DNA of 64,000 nucleotides from Octopus sinensis (lineage: Eukaryota), in contig NC_043000.1 of NCBI RefSeq assembly GCF_006345805.1, forward strand, positions 156,922,001 through 156,986,000, given 5' to 3'. Positions 13,911-27,385 of the stretch are shown in pieces. Position 1 is the stretch's first letter. Each line of letters begins with the position of its first letter. A program made the translations under genes and the position numbers. The notes under the pieces were generated by a model that saw nothing but the letters and a program-made list of their open reading frames with translations, was not told where the DNA came from and did no database searches.

Positions 13911-14085
13911 TCTATGATTAGGTACCGCAATAATTTGGTATTCATGAGACAACATTCTGAAAAAAATCTCCGGCGAAAACGAGGTTTTTGCATGGGCTGG
14001 GTACATAGTCATTACAAACTGATTGGAAGCAGTAAAAAGTAATGAATGTATGTATGTATGTATGTATGTATGTATGTATGTATGT

Positions 14086-14632
14086 TATGTCAGGTCACTT
14101 TCGAGTGCTACTGGTAACATGTAACCCAGTACATGTTGCATGGTCGGGTCGTCGGCGACTAAACCGGCAAGCCCACCAAGCTTGCTTGGTGAGGAGGGTG
14201 TTTATTGGACACCCTGCGGGATGAAAAACAAAACCCGTCAAAGGGCGGAGGAACTCTTGAGAGTCAACGGCCATCCAATAATATCTGTCTAAAGCGTATC
14301 ATGCGCGGGGACATAGAAATAATCGGACTGTATACCCGATCGCGCGGTTAAACCATTGGGAGTGAAGGACTCCTAGCCTTTGTTTGGGCATCCTTCTAGG
14401 AGAAGGTAAGTCAGGTAACTGGGATAACTCCGACATAAAACCTGCGGCTCAGTGGTTACCGATGATGTTGACTTGTTCTTCTTTTCGGATTATGGCTGCT
14501 GTTGCTTAGTGAGTGGGATTGACTCAATGCACAGCCTTTCCTCACTTTTAAAAAATATTGCACAGGTATTGCACGATAACATTGATTAAGCTTCGTGCAA
14601 TGGCCATACTCGATAACGAGGGGGCAGCCACC
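14086..14632 (+). mobile_element. Non-autonomous RTE-derived retroposon inserted in (TATG)n
   Basis: Contains an RTE-5'UTR-like motif (ggcatccttctaggagaaggtaa) and an RTE-like 3' end (ccatactcgataacgagggggcagccacc) running into (TATG)n; no ORF. Confidence 0.5.
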
Positions 14633-14883
14633 ATGTATGTATGTATGTATGTATGTATGTATGTATGTATGTATGTATGTGTGTGTGTGTGTACGTGTGT
14701 ATGTATGTGTACGTGCGTATTGTTATACGTATGTATGTATATGTGTGTGTGTACGCATGGATTGGTATGTTTTGACTTAAAGACGTGTACAAATATATAT
14801 ACTTCTATGTCTATACGTTTGTATATGAACATCCTACAGGTCTAATGTAGTACTCGTAGTATATGCTGAGAAATGACTTGATT

Positions 14884-14960
14884 TGGGTTAGGATTAAGAT
14901 TAGCTTTAGGGTTAAATTTTAGGATTAGGATTAGAGTTAGGGTTAGCGTTAGCGTTAGAC
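14884..14960 (+). repeat. Degenerate TTAGGG-like hexamer run
   Basis: ttagga ttaaga ttagct ttaggg ... ttagga ttagga ttagag ttaggg ttagcg ttagcg. Confidence 0.6.
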
Positions 14961-14965
14961 AGCAT

Positions 14966-15196
14966 AATAATAAATAAATGCGTCCTTTTTAGCCTAGCCA
15001 GGCTCATGGGCGTATGTGTTCCCCAGCTGGACGGGACGCCAGTCCATCGTAGTGTTTTTGCCAGCTGAGTGGACTGGAGCAACGTGAAATGAAGTGTTTT
15101 GCTCAAGAACACAACGCTTCGCCCGGTCTAGGAATCGAAACCACAATCTTACAATCATGATGCTGACACCCTAACCACTAAGCCACGCGCCTCCAC
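14966..15196 (-). mobile_element. tRNA-derived SINE family D with 12-bp TSD
   Basis: Head gtggaggcgcgtggcttagtggttaggg...ggtttcgattcc, related to the family C head; gttagacagcat is duplicated at 14954-14965 and 15197-15208. Confidence 0.85.
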
Positions 15197-15810
15197 GTTA
15201 GACAGCATGCTAAAGTGTAATTGGCCCAGTAGACTGCACACTACAGTGGTACCTACGGATATTTTAATGGGAATACTTCACTAGTAAAGTGGTACGAAAT
15301 GCATTACATTTTCTTAGGTATCTGAGGTAATGGGTGGTATAACAATGAGGACGGATATATCTTTCGAGAATTAACCCAACATGGCTGACGTGACCGCGCT
15401 GTAGTGGTTACGTAAATAGATTTTTAGCTGTCACAGCTATTGAATCAGAAATTGGTCATACTACTGACAAAAAATTAGATCAAATAGGAAATCATAAATA
15501 ATATTTGGTGAATTACTACGCCCAAAACAAAGTTTAACAGTTAGGTTAAAATTCTAGATAAAAGATCTATGCTTGTTGTTTGTAGCGTCGTCCAACGAGT
15601 ACAAACTTGCGCTACTCTGGAAAGATTATATCCAAGACGAATATTATCTCAAGTAAGAAAATGTGGTTCTGATTGAAAGTAGATCTGACTTCGGTGAGAT
15701 ACTGACGAATCTAGCTCGTTTTAACCTTTACTTCAGAATTAAATATTATTAAGGGGCATATTGCTGGTGATGAGACATAAAAAGGGCAATGTCTGTTTAT
15801 GTAGTTCACA

Positions 15811-16314
<504 letters not shown>

Positions 16315-16549
16315 GTGAGCGATAGCAATGTTGTTGCAGATAAAATTATCAACTAAGAAAAACCAGTGGGTTTTGCAGCTAAAGTAAAAATTCAAAACTC
16401 CTAGCTAAGGCGTCACCTATTCGTAGCTTAAACACTTCGTGCCATTGCCAATGGGAACATGGAACTTAGTCTATTTTAAAAGCGTAAAGATACACAATCG
16501 TTACACAAATCTAGGAAACAGCCATGTATCTTGCTATCCCTAGCTATAA

Positions 16550-16574
<25 letters not shown>

Positions 16575-16582
<8 letters not shown>

Positions 16583-16784
16583 TCTTTTACTTGTTTCAGT
16601 CATTTGACTGCGGCCATGCTGGAGCACCGCCTTTAGTCGAGCAAATCGACCCCGGTACTTATTCTTTCGTAAGCCCAGTACTTATTCTATCAGTCTCTTT
16701 TTGCCGAACCGCTAAGTGACAGGGACGTAAACACACCAGCATCGGTTGTCAAGCAATGCTAGGGGGACAAACACAGATACACAA

Positions 16785-16821
<37 letters not shown>

Positions 16822-16993
16822 CATACATACGACAGGCTTCTTTCAGTTTCCGTCTACCAAATCCACTCGCAAGGCATTGGTCGGCCCGGGACTATAGCAG
16901 AAGACACTTGCCCAAGATGCCACGCAGTGGGACTGAACCCGGAACCATGTGGTTGGTTAGCAAGCTACTTACCACACAGCTACTCCTGCGCCT
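16575..16993 (-). mobile_element. SINE family A
   Basis: Full-length match. Confidence 0.92.
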
Positions 16994-17224
16994 ATGAACA
17001 CAACTATAAAGTTCAAAGTTGCTACAAATTCTAGGTTTTATGATATTTAAGGATCTCTCTAACATCGTTAGAACTGAAAATCGAAGACCTAGAATGCTTG
17101 ATTAAGATCAGGAAATATTCAATTCCTTCTAAGTTATTGACATGCGACTGAACTCAAGTACGATCCCCTCTGAACTGCTAATCACATCTCTATAACGATT
17201 GTTTTTACCAAATTTCTCAAGAGG

Positions 17225-17480
17225 AAGAGGGATAAAAAGGTAGGTATCTAGTAAATCTGTCTAAGTGGAAGCCGTACTGGATGCCATCCAGATGAGATGG
17301 TTTGGTAGAGTCTGGTTTTGGATAGGAGACAGATCAAGAATGTTTGGAATGAACGTCTGTGTTTATGATTAGCGGTGGAAACTGGTGTGTCAAGTTTCTT
17401 CCCTTTATGCAGAAATTGACACAGCCATTCGATAAATAGGGATCAAAAAAATAGTGTCCAATGAAAGAATAAAAATATTT
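17225..17480 (-). mobile_element. Possible CR1/L2-like LINE 3' relic
   Basis: Minus-strand LPNHLIWMASSTAST*TDLLDTYL resembles WNxLPxxxVxAxSxxxFKxxLDxxL; weak. Confidence 0.3.
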
Positions 17481-18329
17481 GTTTTGAAGAAAATAACTCC
17501 TGTCAAGATTATGGTCAACGAGTAAAATCAATTCTTATTTTCAAAGTTTCGGTATATTATTTTGATGAAGAGAAATCAATGCATGTTATTGGAACATGGA
17601 GAGTGAATATTAGAGTGTTGAAAAGTTCTTTTCATTATACTCTCGGAAAGAGGGGCTTGAATGAGAGATTTACTAAGACAACAGGATTTGAACGCTGCTT
17701 TTCATCATCCATGTTTTGATAAACTACGAAATAGACACGGGTTCGGGGCACTTTACTTTATGTTTTGTATTATGACTAACTTGGAGAATATTCCGAGAAC
17801 TGCTTTTGAGTCCCCTTCCAAATGACTGAACACTAGGACCCTCTCAAGCTGCTATCAGGGGAGCATTTAGGAGGTTGGCCGTTCTGTTTGCAATCGTACC
17901 CAAATCTTTTTCATATCCAGTTAATTTCTTAGAAAAGGAAGAACATATTGTACATTGGGGTCGTTCTAGAAATGCGTTACCTTCGTGTTAACTCTATGAT
18001 GGAGTCAGAGCGGCGCCGTTGCGCCATACGTTGCGCCCTAGGATTTTTACGCCGGTCGAATGTTTTCTTTCTCAAGTTCTGGTTATTTTCTCCCCAGAGA
18101 GTAAAGAAAACAGAAATAAGTGAAGAATCGGTCCCAGTAAAAGACAATACTTTATTTATCGATCCCAAAAAGATGGAAGGAAAAATTGACACCAGTGGGA
18201 GAACCAGAGAGCAAAACAATTTATCCGACGCTTTAACGACTTTGCCAATTGGCCATCATAAGGTCTAAATATTCTAGTTTGGAAAAAAAATATATAGGTA
18301 TTTTTCTGTATGTATACATATATATAATA

Positions 18330-19137
18330 GTATGTATATATGTATATACACACATACCATACGTACATACATACTTACATACATACACACATACATACAT
18401 ACATACATACATACATACATACATACATACATACGTACGTACGTACGTACGTAAGTACGAGCATACATGCAAACAAACGTAGACACATACTTACATATTT
18501 GTATATGCCCTTGAAACATGTATATGTAACATAGAGACACATACACATACACATAATTACACATACACACACACCCACACACACCCACACACATACACAC
18601 TAACACATTCGCACACACAATGAGGAAGTATGGAAGGATATGTTTGACAATTAAAAACGGTATCGTATGGAGTAATTTTTGTTTAAAAGATTTAAGATTC
18701 AGGGCAGGAAGAGAAGGAGAGACGTGATAAGAATGGAAGCGCGTTAATTACTCGAGTAGTTGTTGGAGGTGGACGTCTATGGAGGTGTGACAGTGGCGGG
18801 TAGGAAGGGATAAGACTTTCCATCGAAATCTGGCATCCAGCATGGTCGCGGAAACAGAGACATGTTAGAATGAGGTCAGGAATACTTACCGCGCGTATGT
18901 GTGTGTGTGCATGTGTGTGTATGTGCGTGCTTCATATGAATGTACGTACGTATGTATATATGTATGTGTGTGTATGCATGTATATATATATATATACACA
19001 CATATATATATGTATATATATATATTTATACACACACACACACACACATATATATGTGTGTGTGTGTGGGTGTGTATATATATACATATATATATATATA
19101 TATACTCACACAACATAAATGTATATATATACACACA

Positions 19138-19187
<50 letters not shown>

Positions 19188-19740
19188 TTTATGCTTAGTG
19201 TACATGTACATATATGTATATATATATATCTATGAATGTATGTATATGTGTATATGTATATATATGTAGGTATATATATATATATATATATATATATTCT
19301 CTAGTTTCAGCTCAGAGCTGCGGCCATGCTGATGCACCGCCGTTTAAATATATATATATATATATAGAGAGAAGAGAGAGAGAGAGATTACACACACGCA
19401 CACACTCCATATATATATGCATATATATATATTTTTTTTTTTCAAATATATATATATATATATATTGATATACATAGGTATATGTATATACACATACAGA
19501 CACACACACATACATACATACATATATATATATACAGGGAGAGAGAGAGGTGGGGAGAGAGAATGAAGAGAAATTTCTGTGCTGGGATTAGATGCATGTC
19601 CATTTTGTTTGTGTGTGTGTGTGCGTCTGTGTGTGTGTGCGTGTGCGTGTGTGCGTGTATGTGTGCATGTGTGTCTGTGCATATATGCATGTGTGTGTGA
19701 ATGTCTGTGTCTGTGTCTATGCGTGTGTGTGTGTATAAAT
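18330..19740. repeat. Compound (CATA)/(TA)/(CA)/(TG)/(GA) microsatellite block
   Basis: Directly visible, with short unique spacers. Confidence 0.9.
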
Positions 19741-20140
19741 GCAAATGGCCGGGAAGCTAAACGGTGGATGAAATTGAGAAACATTTAGAGTCAACAAATT
19801 ATGCGCACACGTGTTTCACATAAAGCCATCATCGCATTACATTAATTTTCATTATATATTAGAAAGATGCCGGTAATGCGGCCGCATATATTTTCTCATT
19901 TATCCTTATATACTTTATATAGGATTTAACATCAACAGCCCCACATTCTATGTATTTCTCGTTTGCATGCGTGCGTGTGTATGTGTGTGTGTGTGTCTGT
20001 GTGTGTGCGTGCACGCGTACTTATGCTGCAATTATTCCGACCATTAAGCCAGACTTAATCTACATACGAAGTAACAACGGAATATTAAGTCCTCGAGCTA
20101 ACGAAGAAGAAAATCCCACGTTATATCTCGTTTACAAGAA

Positions 20141-20640
20141 ACTAGCAGTATCGCCCGGCGTTGCTCGGGTTTCTAAGGGAAATAACTATATAAGCATTTT
20201 TAGAGAGTTATTGCCAAAAAATACCAAAAAAATTCATTAAAAATGGAAAAAAAATGATGGTAAATTTTTTTAAAAATCGTTGACTCATCGTAGACATGTT
20301 TAGAGAGTTACTTCCCTTATATAATAGCGAAAAAATGCAATAAAAAGGAAAAAATTATGGTAAATTTTTTTTAAAATCGTTGACTCATCGTAGACATTTT
20401 TAGAGAGTTACTTCCCTTATATAATAGCGAAGAAAATGCATTAAAATGGAAAAAAATGATGGTAAATTTTTTTTAAATCGTAGACTCATCGTAGACGCGC
20501 GCTAATACCCAGAAGGGCTCGATATGAATCACGACTATAAGTTACCCGGTTTTAGTTAAACTGCACCGCAAAATGTGGGAGTAGTTAGGAACGTAAATCG
20601 TAGGAGACAGACACACAACTTGACTTTTATATATAAAGAT
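20141..20640 (+). mobile_element. Non-autonomous Helitron-like element with internal 100-bp tandem repeat
   Basis: 5' actagcagtatcgcccggcgttgctcggg (CCCG...CGGG hairpin) and 3' gacagacacac...ttatatataaagat. The anchor tagagagtta recurs at 20201, 20301 and 20401. Architecture resembles Lep1-type Helitrons. Confidence 0.65.
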
Positions 20641-20812
20641 TACCAGTCTATCCTTTTCGTGAAACAACACTACCGTTTAGAAGACGTTTAAATATACAGG
20701 AAAAATTAGTACTGAATATGATATGAGAATAAAGAAAAGCAAAAAAGTAGGATGATTACAGCTAGAATAACGGGCGAACGATGAAATTTCGACACAGAAA
20801 TATTACCTTTGT

Positions 20813-21056
20813 TTACTCTTTTACTCTTTCACTTGTTTCAGTCATTTGACTGTGGCCATGCAGGAGCACCGCCTTTTAGTCGAACGAATAGACCCCCCAG
20901 TACTTATTCTTTGTAAGCCTAGTACTTAATCCATCGATCTCTTTTGCCGAACCGCTAAGTTACGGGGACGTAAACACACCAGCATCGGTTGTCAAGCGAT
21001 GTTGGGATGAAGGGGGGGGGGGACAAACATAGACACACAGAAATACACACACACAT

Positions 21057-21090
<34 letters not shown>

Positions 21091-21234
21091 ATATATACGA
21101 CGGGCTTCTTTCAGTTTCCGTCTACCAAATCCACTCACAAGGCATTGGTCGGCCCGAGGCTATAGCAGAAGACACTCATTCAAGGTGCCACGCAGTGGGA
21201 CTGAATCCGGAACCACACAGCCACTCCTACGCCT
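20813..21234 (-). mobile_element. SINE family A with deletion in the head
   Basis: Match to family A; head joined across accac microhomology. Confidence 0.9.
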
Positions 21235-21878
21235 ACATATATGCAAATGCTGTTAGAGAACGACGGAAGATATAAAGCGTTGAAATCCCTGAAACGGTAA
21301 GTGTGTTGCAAAGTTCATGAGAAACAATATGAGATATAGATTCGCCAGAAAAATGCATGATTCTGTCGGAAAAATAGCAATGATTTCAACAACAACCACA
21401 ACAAGCAACAATAATAGCAACAATGACAACCACAGAAACTATGCTGGTGGCGGCCTGTATCTTTGCTCTCTCCCTTCCAAATACCACAGTCTTATACAAA
21501 ACGCACTTAAAATATACTCTTAAAAATATACCTTTGTATGCACGAGAAAAAAAAGCTGTCGTAATATTAATGAGATTAAAATCACCTTTATGGAACTAAA
21601 AGTTATTTAATGATGTATATGTAACGTATTACAAACTATTATCAAACCTGATCCAGATTAGATGGTTCTTTTCTCAATGTATGTATAACTTGATTGTAAC
21701 CGACAATTGTAGCAGTTTTTAAAATCTACAAAACGAATATAACTCCAATAATATCAGCCAATTGACATTTTCTTTAAAATGAAAGTGATGCAAATATGGA
21801 AGCGAATTTTGTCTTTAAAGCGAACTGGTAAAAGCAAGTCATGTTTCGATTTTTCACTCTCTCTCGATATGTGTGTGT

Positions 21879-21918
<40 letters not shown>

Positions 21919-21959
21919 ACGTGCGTGTATGTATGTATGTATGTATGTATGAATGTATA

Positions 21960-22020
<61 letters not shown>

Positions 22021-22025
<5 letters not shown>

Positions 22026-23190
22026 TTCTACCATCAGGTCTCGGGAGGGGCCATGGGAACGCGAATGGGCCCCAACTATGCGAACCTGTTCGTTGGCTAT
22101 GTTGAGGCCCAAATATTCTCTAATTTCACTGGTCCCACTCCTGAACTATATGGTCGTTACATTGACGACATTATCGGTGCCACCTCACTCTCCCGTGAAC
22201 ATCTAGATTCCTTCCTCTCTTTCGTCCAATCTTTCCATCCAGCCCTCCACTTCACTTCCACTATCTCCAACACCTCTGTCTCCTTCCTCGGCATTTCGGT
22301 TAGCATTCTTCACTCCACTCTTACCACCTCCATTCACTACAAACACACAGACTCACACTCATACCTCAACTTCTTTCCTCCCACCCAGAACACACCAAGC
22401 TTCCATCCCCTATTCCCAATTCCTCCGTCTACGTAGGCTCTGTAGTGACGACCATGACTTTGAGACTCAGTCTCAACGTATGGCTCACCACTTCACCCTA
22501 CGTGGATACCCCCTCACCACTATCCACACCGCCCTTGCCAGAGCACGGTCCGTGGACCGTGTATCTGCTCTCTCCCCGAACCCGCCCTGTAGTCTCCCGC
22601 CTCCCGTTTCCCCTCACTTACCACCCCACGACCCTACGTCTCCAACGCACCATTCTTCGAGCTTTCCGTCATCTCCAGTCCGACCCGTCCACTTCACACC
22701 TCTTCCCTAACCGACCCCTCCCCTCTTCAAACGAGCCCACAACCTTCGAGACCTTTTGGTCCATAGCTCCTTCCCTGACCCTACCTCCCAACCCGGCTCG
22801 TTCCCCTGCTCCCGCCCACGTTACCGCACTTGCCCTTACCTCTCCAACACCACCCTCCTCACTAGCACCCACATCGACCCTATCCCATCATCCACTCCTT
22901 CACCTGCACCTCCAGCAATATATCTATTGCGTCACTTGCTCTCTCTGCCATTCCTTGTACATCGGACAAACGGGACGCCGCTTGGCTGACCGGTTCGCGG
23001 AACACCTTCGTGACATCCACCTTGCGAACGACACACCGGTCTCACGCCATTTCCGCTCCACCGGTCACTCCTTGCAACACCTATCTGTGTTCGGTTTGTC
23101 CTTACACAGAGGCCATCCGGATTCCCGTTTGCGCCGTGAACAGGAATTAATCTTCTCTCTTCGCTCTTATACGCCATTTGGTCTCAACTC
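22021..23190 (+). pseudogene. Frameshifted PLE reverse transcriptase-thumb-GIY-YIG endonuclease
   Basis: GAMGTRMGPNYANLF and YGRYIDD (RT motifs 4/5), HYKHTDSHSYL, RGYP, CSRPRYRTCPY Cys-rich linker, IYCVTCSLCHSLYIGQTGRRLADRFAEH...HF...EQELIFSLRSYTPFGLN. Split across three frames. Confidence 0.9.
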
Positions 23191-23516
23191 TCCCCCTCCT
23201 CATCTAACCCCCTCCCCCCCTCTCCCCCTCCTCACAGATCATTCCCCCCGACCCCTACTTCTTCAGTCCTTCATCCTTTCACCCCTACTCCCCTTCCCTC
23301 TTCCCTCTTTTCCCTCCCTCCTTCCCTCTTCCCTTCCCTCTGCTCCCTCACTCACTCCCCTTCTCTCTCCCCCTCTCCTCTTCCTCCTTCCTCCTCCCAT
23401 CCTCCTCTCCTCCTCTCCCCTTCCTTCCCCCCTCTCTCCTCCCCCTCTCTCCCCTCCCCCTTTCTCCTTCTCCACACTACACCACACGACTGTACACATC
23501 ACATCATATATGATGT

Positions 23517-23870
23517 GCATACTAATACATACACCAACTAATACATACTAATACGTACTAATACATACTAATACATACTAATACATACACCAACCATATA
23601 CATACACACGTCCAGACTCTCATACGCACTTATACTCTCTCTCACACACACACACACACTTATACATACTAATAGTACTAATACATACTAATACATACTA
23701 ATACATACACCAAACCCATACATACGCACGTCCAGACCTTTCATACGCACTAATACTCTCTCATACACACACACACACACACCACACACCCTTATACGTA
23801 CTAATACATACTAATACATACACCAACCCTATACATACACACGTCCAGACCTCTCCTACGCACTAATAGC
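23517..23870. repeat. Three ~115-120-bp tandem units inside the PLE 3' region
   Basis: Anchor cacgtccagac at about 23607, 23727 and 23840, with (CATACTAATA)n spacers. Confidence 0.85.
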
Positions 23871-24033
23871 TGGTCATTCAACCCTATTATCAACCTATTA
23901 TCTCCCCTTATTTCGCTCTCGCGTCTCATGTTTGATCTTTGACCTCTGCCGAAATCAGATCGCCATGTTGATTCGTTAGTTACTGCACGCATTTTTTCTC
24001 TTCCTTCTTTCTGTGTTTTTTTCTCTCTGTGTA

Positions 24034-24071
24034 TCTTTCTGTTGAAGAGCGTAGGCCCGAAACGTTAAAGA
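24034..24071 (+). ncRNA. Minimal type I hammerhead-like motif (variant, possibly inactive)
   Basis: TCTTT-CTGTTGA-A-GAGC gtag GCCC-GAAA-CG-TT-AAAGA: 5-bp stem I and an ACGT palindrome in place of stem III. A6 is replaced by U and stem II has one mismatch. Confidence 0.6.
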
Positions 24072-24194
24072 CTTGTTTTATTTATATTTCCTGAGCGCCA
24101 TACTAATACAATTGTTTGTTGTTTCCCACCTGCCTTCGTCTTTTGTCTATTTTCATAAAGCTTCCCGTTATTATATATATATATATATATATAT

Positions 24195-24307
24195 CGGGTT
24201 CAGTCCAACTGCGTGGCAACTTGGGCAAGTGTCTTCTACTATAGCCTCGGGTCGACCAAAGCCTTGTGACTGGATTTGGTTGACGGAAACTGAAAGAAGC
24301 TCATCGT

Positions 24308-24338
<31 letters not shown>

Positions 24339-24546
24339 TTATGTGTTTGTGTTTGTTTCCCACCCTCGCTTGACAACCGATGTTGGTGCGTTTGCGTCCC
24401 TGTAACGTAGCGGTTCGGCACAAGAGAACCCATAAAATAAGTACTAGGCTTACAAAGAATAAGTCCAGCAGTCGATTTTTTTGACTAAAGGCGGAGCTCT
24501 AGTATGGCCGCAGTCAAATGACTGAAACAAATAAAAGAGTAAAGAG
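24195..24546 (+). mobile_element. SINE family A, 5'-truncated
   Basis: Starts at the B box; otherwise colinear. Confidence 0.88.
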
Positions 24547-24572
24547 TGAGTACATATATATATATATATAAC

Positions 24573-24982
24573 AGATCGCAGGAGTGGCTGTGTGGTGAGT
24601 AGCTTGTTTACCAACCACATGATTCCGGGTTCAGTCCCACTGCTTGACACCTTGGGCAAGTGTCTTCTACTATAGCCTCAGGCCGACCAAAGCCTTGTGA
24701 GTGGATTTGGTAGACGGAAACTGAAAGAAGCTCGTCGTATATATGTATATATATATATATGTGTGTGTGTGTTTGTGTGTCCGTGTTTGTCCCCCTAGCA
24801 TTGCTTGACAACCGATGCTGGTGTGTTTATGTCCCCGTTACTTAGCGGTTCGGCAAAAGAGACCGATAGAATAAGTACAGGGCTTACAAAAGAATAAGTA
24901 CCGGGGTCGAGTTGCTCGATTAAAAGCGGTGCTCCAGCATGGCCGCAGTCAAATGACTGAAACAAGTAAAAGAGTAAAAGAG
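24573..24982 (+). mobile_element. SINE family A
   Basis: Full-length match. Confidence 0.92.
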
Positions 24983-25378
24983 ATCCTGCACTAAATACAA
25001 AAAAGTTACCAATTGCGTGTGCATGTATAAAAAAAACCTGTTATAAATAGGGCTGTTGAAATTTTCATAATTTTCAGCTTCTCCATGAATATCGATCTAT
25101 ATATATTGTTTAGCTGACGTCATCCAAGGGTCCGAAGATTGTTTTCAGATCGAAGATGTTTATTACGAAACTGTATACGTAACGTAATGGATTATCAGGA
25201 TCACGCACGAGCACATACATGCACGCATGCGCACAAAGTACTTTCATTTTTAAACGGTTTCAGAAGGTCTTTGTGTCGATTGCAAAAGCTAATGAGTATT
25301 ATTGATCACTCATTCCGGGATTCTACTGAATAGAAAAAGGTCAGCGAACCGACTTTGGTCGTTAGAAGAATAAAAGTA

Positions 25379-25478
25379 NNNNNNNNNNNNNNNNNNNNNN
25401 NNNNNNNNNNNNNNNNNNNNNNNNNNNNNNNNNNNNNNNNNNNNNNNNNNNNNNNNNNNNNNNNNNNNNNNNNNNNNN
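25379..25478. other. Assembly gap (100 N)
   Basis: Run of exactly 100 N. Confidence 1.
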
Positions 25479-25759
25479 GAAGACCTTCTGTATCTGTACA
25501 AAAATAATATCCCCCGCCTCATTTCTTCTGACTAGCCTTAATATCAATTACCAATATATTTCCATTCTGTGTAAGTTGGACTTCTTTTATACGTATACAT
25601 ACGTACATTCATTGTATTAAATGTTTGTAACATTTCGTTTGTATATCAACTTTCCCAACTTGCTTGTGCTTACATTTACTCCTCTACTTGCTCAAGTTCA
25701 AATCTCTCGAGCACTACGAAGCGTACTCGGTATAGAGAGTACCTGTCTAATCAATAACC

Positions 25760-25864
25760 TATATGTATGTATGTGTGTATGCATGTATGTATGTATGTAT
25801 GTATGTATGTATATATATATATTTGTTTATGTATGTATGTATGTATGTTGTGTGTGGATGTATG

Positions 25865-25896
<32 letters not shown>

Positions 25897-26072
25897 TGTA
25901 TGTATGTATGTATGTACGTAGGTATGTATGTATGTATGTATGTATGTATGTATGTATGTATGTATGTATGTATGTATGTATGTATGTATGCATGTATGTA
26001 TGTATGTATGCATGTATGTTTGTATGTATGTATGTATTATGTATGTATGTATGTATGTATGTATGTATGTAT
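25760..26072. repeat. (TATG)n microsatellite
   Basis: Directly visible; abuts the 3' end of the RTE relic. Confidence 0.95.
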
Positions 26073-26074
26073 AC

Positions 26075-26470
26075 AAATGGTATCCCTCAGTTTTGCACCG
26101 GAGAACATGGTGGAGGAAGTGGGCCTTCTGAAATGATTGACAAGTCCAATCGTCGACCTGCAGTCTAGGCTGCAGATGTGGCATATAAAGACTGATGCTT
26201 TTTGTGTGGACGTTTCTTTTGGATTTTCAATGAAAAAACATAAATTCCTTTAGATAGTTTTGTCCATCTCTGTCTTTATATTCTCCGCTTTGAAATCTTT
26301 GTAACAGTTGTTATCGCTATAGAATCGTGCTGTTTGTATCTGCTTCCCAGGGAACTGGGTTGATATTGGCCATTTTTGTGTCACGCTTGTACACATTCTT
26401 ATTCTTAGTTCTCTTACTGACCCAAATGTAAGGTTCTCTTTTGGACTATGGTCCTCATCCTTGCATCAGA
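26075..26470 (-). mobile_element. RTE/BovB-like LINE 3' end
   Basis: Minus strand reads KNVYKRDTKMANINPVPWEAD and VFICHICSLDCRSTIGLVNHFRR (terminal C2H-type finger of RTEs), then a short 3' UTR into (CATA)n. Confidence 0.75.
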
Positions 26471-26504
26471 CATCGCTAACGAAGTTGTTTATTTTTTATT
26501 TATT

Positions 26505-26701
26505 TATTTGTTTCAGTCATTTGACTGCGGCCATGCTGGAGCACCGCCTTTAGTCGAGCAAATCAACCCAAGGACTTATTCTTTGTAAGCCTAGTACTTA
26601 TTCTATCGGTCTCTCGTGTCGAACCACTAAGTGTCGGGGACATAAACACAACATCATCGGCTGTCAAACGATGTTGGGGTGACAAACACAGACACACAAA
26701 C

Positions 26702-26773
<72 letters not shown>

Positions 26774-26936
26774 GACGGGCTTCTTTCAGTTTCCGTCTAC
26801 CAAATCCACTCACAACGCTTTGGATGGCCCGAAGCTATAGTAGAAGACACTTGCCCAAGGTGCCACGCAGTTGGACTGAACCCAGAACCATGTGGTTGGT
26901 AAGCAAACTACTTACCACAGAGCCACTCTTGCGCCT
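26505..26936 (-). mobile_element. SINE family A
   Basis: Full-length match. Confidence 0.9.
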
Positions 26937-27288
26937 TGTTGTTAGCTCAGGAAAGAGAACATAGAAGTGATGTGTGGCTAAGTATGTTCGTCAGTGCTTT
27001 GGATGTCCTCCCAACGCAGGCATGTGACATTTGCAAGTCGCGACATTTGCAAGCTTCGGTATGCTGAGTCTTCGCGTGATTTCCCCACAGCTCATTTCTT
27101 TCACCAGGCTGCAATCTTGGGTTGGGTTGGGTGCTAACCAAGGAGGAGTATTTAGAATTTGGAAGGAAGAAAAGGAACAACGATAACTAAAGATAATCAC
27201 GGTAAATGCACTGATGCCGGTTTTAGCGTATGAGCATGCAGTTGCCCGAATACCTAAATAATCAACTCACTGAATTAATGCGCGCGCG

Positions 27289-27337
<49 letters not shown>

Positions 27338-27353
27338 TGTGTGTTGTGTGTGT

Positions 27354-27385
<32 letters not shown>

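Larger units (their letters stand above)
22021..24170 (+). mobile_element. 5'-truncated Penelope-like element (Neptune-like) with 3' pseudo-LTR, in (TA)n
   Basis: RT and GIY-YIG coding relic, then a non-coding tail ending in a hammerhead-like motif; (TA)n on both flanks. Confidence 0.85.

Noticed and set aside
23190-23551. Pro/Leu/Ser-rich C-terminal extension of the 368-aa ORF
   Set aside because: Read-through into a pyrimidine tract after the GIY-YIG end; the ORF also switches between true and false frames.
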